Below the pieces are notes generated by a model. That model ran no database searches and had not been told where the DNA came from. It saw nothing but the letters and a program-made list of their open reading frames with translations. This document shows, one piece after another, positions 37,729 through 39,434 of a stretch of DNA of 39,434 nt. Every line of letters starts with the position of its first letter. The stretch's first letter is position 1. The stretch is taken from assembly GCA_045046875.1 (NCBI GenBank), contig JASFYY010000092.1:1-39434 (forward strand), read 5' to 3'. The stretch comes from Verrucomicrobiota bacterium (lineage in GTDB: Bacteria; Verrucomicrobiota; Verrucomicrobiia; Verrucomicrobiales; DEV007). The position numbers and the translations under genes were made by a program.

Positions 37729-38940
37729 TCAGCTCTCGACTGCGGGTGCAGCCTTTTCCTGATTGTCTTCAGCCGTTTCACTAGAAGCTTCCGGACTGGT
37801 CGCCGTTTCTGCCACTTCAGTGGTTTCGGGAGCTTCAGAGACTTCTGAGGCCTCAGAGGCTTCAGGAGTTTTGTTTTCAGCTCCGCTGATGTTAAGTTTG
37901 CGACCCATGAAATCTTTGTTGTTCAAGATTTCGACGGCACGTTGAGCTTCGTCGATGTGGCTCATTTCAACAAAACCGTAACCTTTGGATTGATGGGTGT
38001 CGGGATTGGCGATCACCTCGGTGCTGACCACCACGCCGATGCCCTTGAACAATTCTTCGAGCTCTTCTTCGCCCACTTCGTAGTCGAGGTTGTCGAGTTT
38101 GAGGCGACTGGAAGTGACGATCACAGGTGTTTCCACTTTAGGGGTGCGACGGGGTTCTTCCCGACGTTCGGAGCGACCGCCACGGTTATTACGTTCGCTT
38201 CCGCGTTCACCTCCACGCTCGTTGCGGCGGTTGCGATCATTGCCTGAGCCGTCACGTTCTTCACTGCGACAGTTGTTGTCACGGCGTTCTCCGCCTTCAC
38301 CACCTGCGCCCTGGCTTTTGGCTCCGTTGACCAACATGCGACGACCCATGAAGTCTTCATTGTGGTAAGTGCTGACCGCTTTGCGAGCTTCTTCGATGCT
38401 GCTCATTTCAACAAAAGCAAAACCCTTGGATTGCTGGGTGCGGCGATTGATGACGATTTCCGCAGACTTGACTGTGCCGATTTGGGAAAAGTGTTTTTCC
38501 AAATCAGAACCGGTGGTTTTGTAGTCAAGATTGCCGACGTAGAGGCGTTCGGATGTCACTTCGACCTTTTCAGCCGGGCGTTTGTTGTCACGGCTTTTAG
38601 AAGATGGGTCGCTAGATCGCTTGCGATCATTAGTGGGCGCGGGGCTTTTGGTGTCACCTCCTAATCCCAGGAAGGACAAGATTTTTTGCAGGAAAGTCTG
38701 CTTTTTGACTACTTGGCGGCCACGATTGGAGGGGCGGTATTCCCGTTTGCCTCCGTTATTGTCTCCATTACGAGGGCGGCGATTGGAATTACCTCCACTG
38801 CCACCGCTATTGCGGCTGTTTCCACGGTTGTTCTGACGACGGCGTCCGCCGCGTTGACCTTGACGATTTTGACCTGAGCGATCCTGACGATCGCCTGATG
38901 ATGAATTTTCCATTTTGATTCGAATTTTTGAGGGATCCAC
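37729..38940 (-). CDS. Two-RRM RNA-binding protein with low-complexity regions
   Basis: RNP2 LYVGNL / LKLDNL and RNP1 KGFAFVEM / KGYGFVEM; R/N/G-rich linkers; acidic tail. Start may be ATG 38913. Confidence 0.9.
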   Translation of the reverse strand: MDPSKIRIKMENSSSGDRQDRSGQNRQGQRGGRRRQNNRGNSRNSGGSGGNSNRRPRNGDNNGGKREYRPSNRGRQVVKKQTFLQKILSFLGLGGDTKSPAPTNDRKRSSDPSSKSRDNKRPAEKVEVTSERLYVGNLDYKTTGSDLEKHFSQIGTVKSAEIVINRRTQQSKGFAFVEMSSIEEARKAVSTYHNEDFMGRRMLVNGAKSQGAGGEGGERRDNNCRSEERDGSGNDRNRRNERGGERGSERNNRGGRSERREEPRRTPKVETPVIVTSSRLKLDNLDYEVGEEELEELFKGIGVVVSTEVIANPDTHQSKGYGFVEMSHIDEAQRAVEILNNKDFMGRKLNISGAENKTPEASEASEVSEAPETTEVAETATSPEASSETAEDNQEKAAPAVES

Positions 38941-39434
38941 CTGGGATCCGGTTATTTGTAATGAATTCGGAGTTATTCGCGGTTGCTAATGAGGGGGAAG
39001 TAGCCAATTCAAGAAAGTTGGCGCTTCCACTTTGTCCCAAAAACAAGCCCGATTGGCAGTTGCTGAAAAAAGTGACCAGCCATTCTGTAAAAAAGCCTGT
39101 CAGAACTGCCCATAAACTCCGATGAGTCGATGTGCTGCAGGTAGATGTCTCTTGAGTGCCACGAACACGAATCGCCATCCTTGGATGGGGCTCTGCCATG
39201 AAATGATGAACACTAAAGAACATTGATAGGTCTGCAGTAATTAATAATAAAGCCGGGTGTTCGCAAAGAAAAGACTGCGCGAACAAAGCCCAGCACATAA
39301 ATACTATAATTCAAAAAAGAGCTTGAGCAAGTGCTGATTTGTGCGGCGTGGATTATTGCCCTGAAATGATAGCATCGGAATAGCAATGCAGAGAAGATCT
39401 CCAGAGGTAATTTTATCCTGTGGGAAGGGTGGGA

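Noticed and set aside
38990..39016. TGAGGG as a fourth ECF promoter copy
   Set aside because: No CGT box follows at 16-17 nt spacing.
38807..39298. 163-aa minus-strand ORF upstream of the RRM gene
   Set aside because: Overlaps the RRM gene out of frame, has no motifs and crosses several hairpins; more likely non-coding.

Overview
Bacterial chromosomal window with about 33 genes. The gene repertoire (ASPIC/UnbV proteins, sulfatase, PVC-type heme-binding protein, TopB-type topoisomerase) suggests the PVC superphylum, probably Verrucomicrobiota; this is an inference. Left part: a double FG-GAP/ASPIC protein, ygfA/nfeD, an IclR regulator divergent from three secreted beta-propeller glycosidase-like genes, a CE15 esterase, pgsA, bcp, an RsmA-Nudix fusion, an SGNH hydrolase, a sulfatase, a TPR-parvulin, an LplT-like MFS transporter and a Tat-exported Hyi-like isomerase. 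Right part: a PVC heme protein, a GH25 muramidase and a housekeeping run (two-RRM protein, miaA, aroB, dprA, topB). The most interesting element is at about 22.3-28.4 kb. A cnrYXH-like metal-sensing ECF-sigma module, whose sensor keeps all five CnrX metal ligands, has no RND efflux pump next to it. It is instead divergent from a cytochrome c / beta-barrel porin / lipoprotein cytochrome c operon. A shared AGGG-N16/17-CGT promoter-like motif precedes the cnrY-like gene, the cytochrome-porin operon and a His-rich DUF3347-type gene. Together these suggest an undescribed metal-inducible porin-cytochrome regulon. I saw no rRNA, tRNA, CRISPR array or mobile element. All family assignments come from motif recognition by eye, not database searches.
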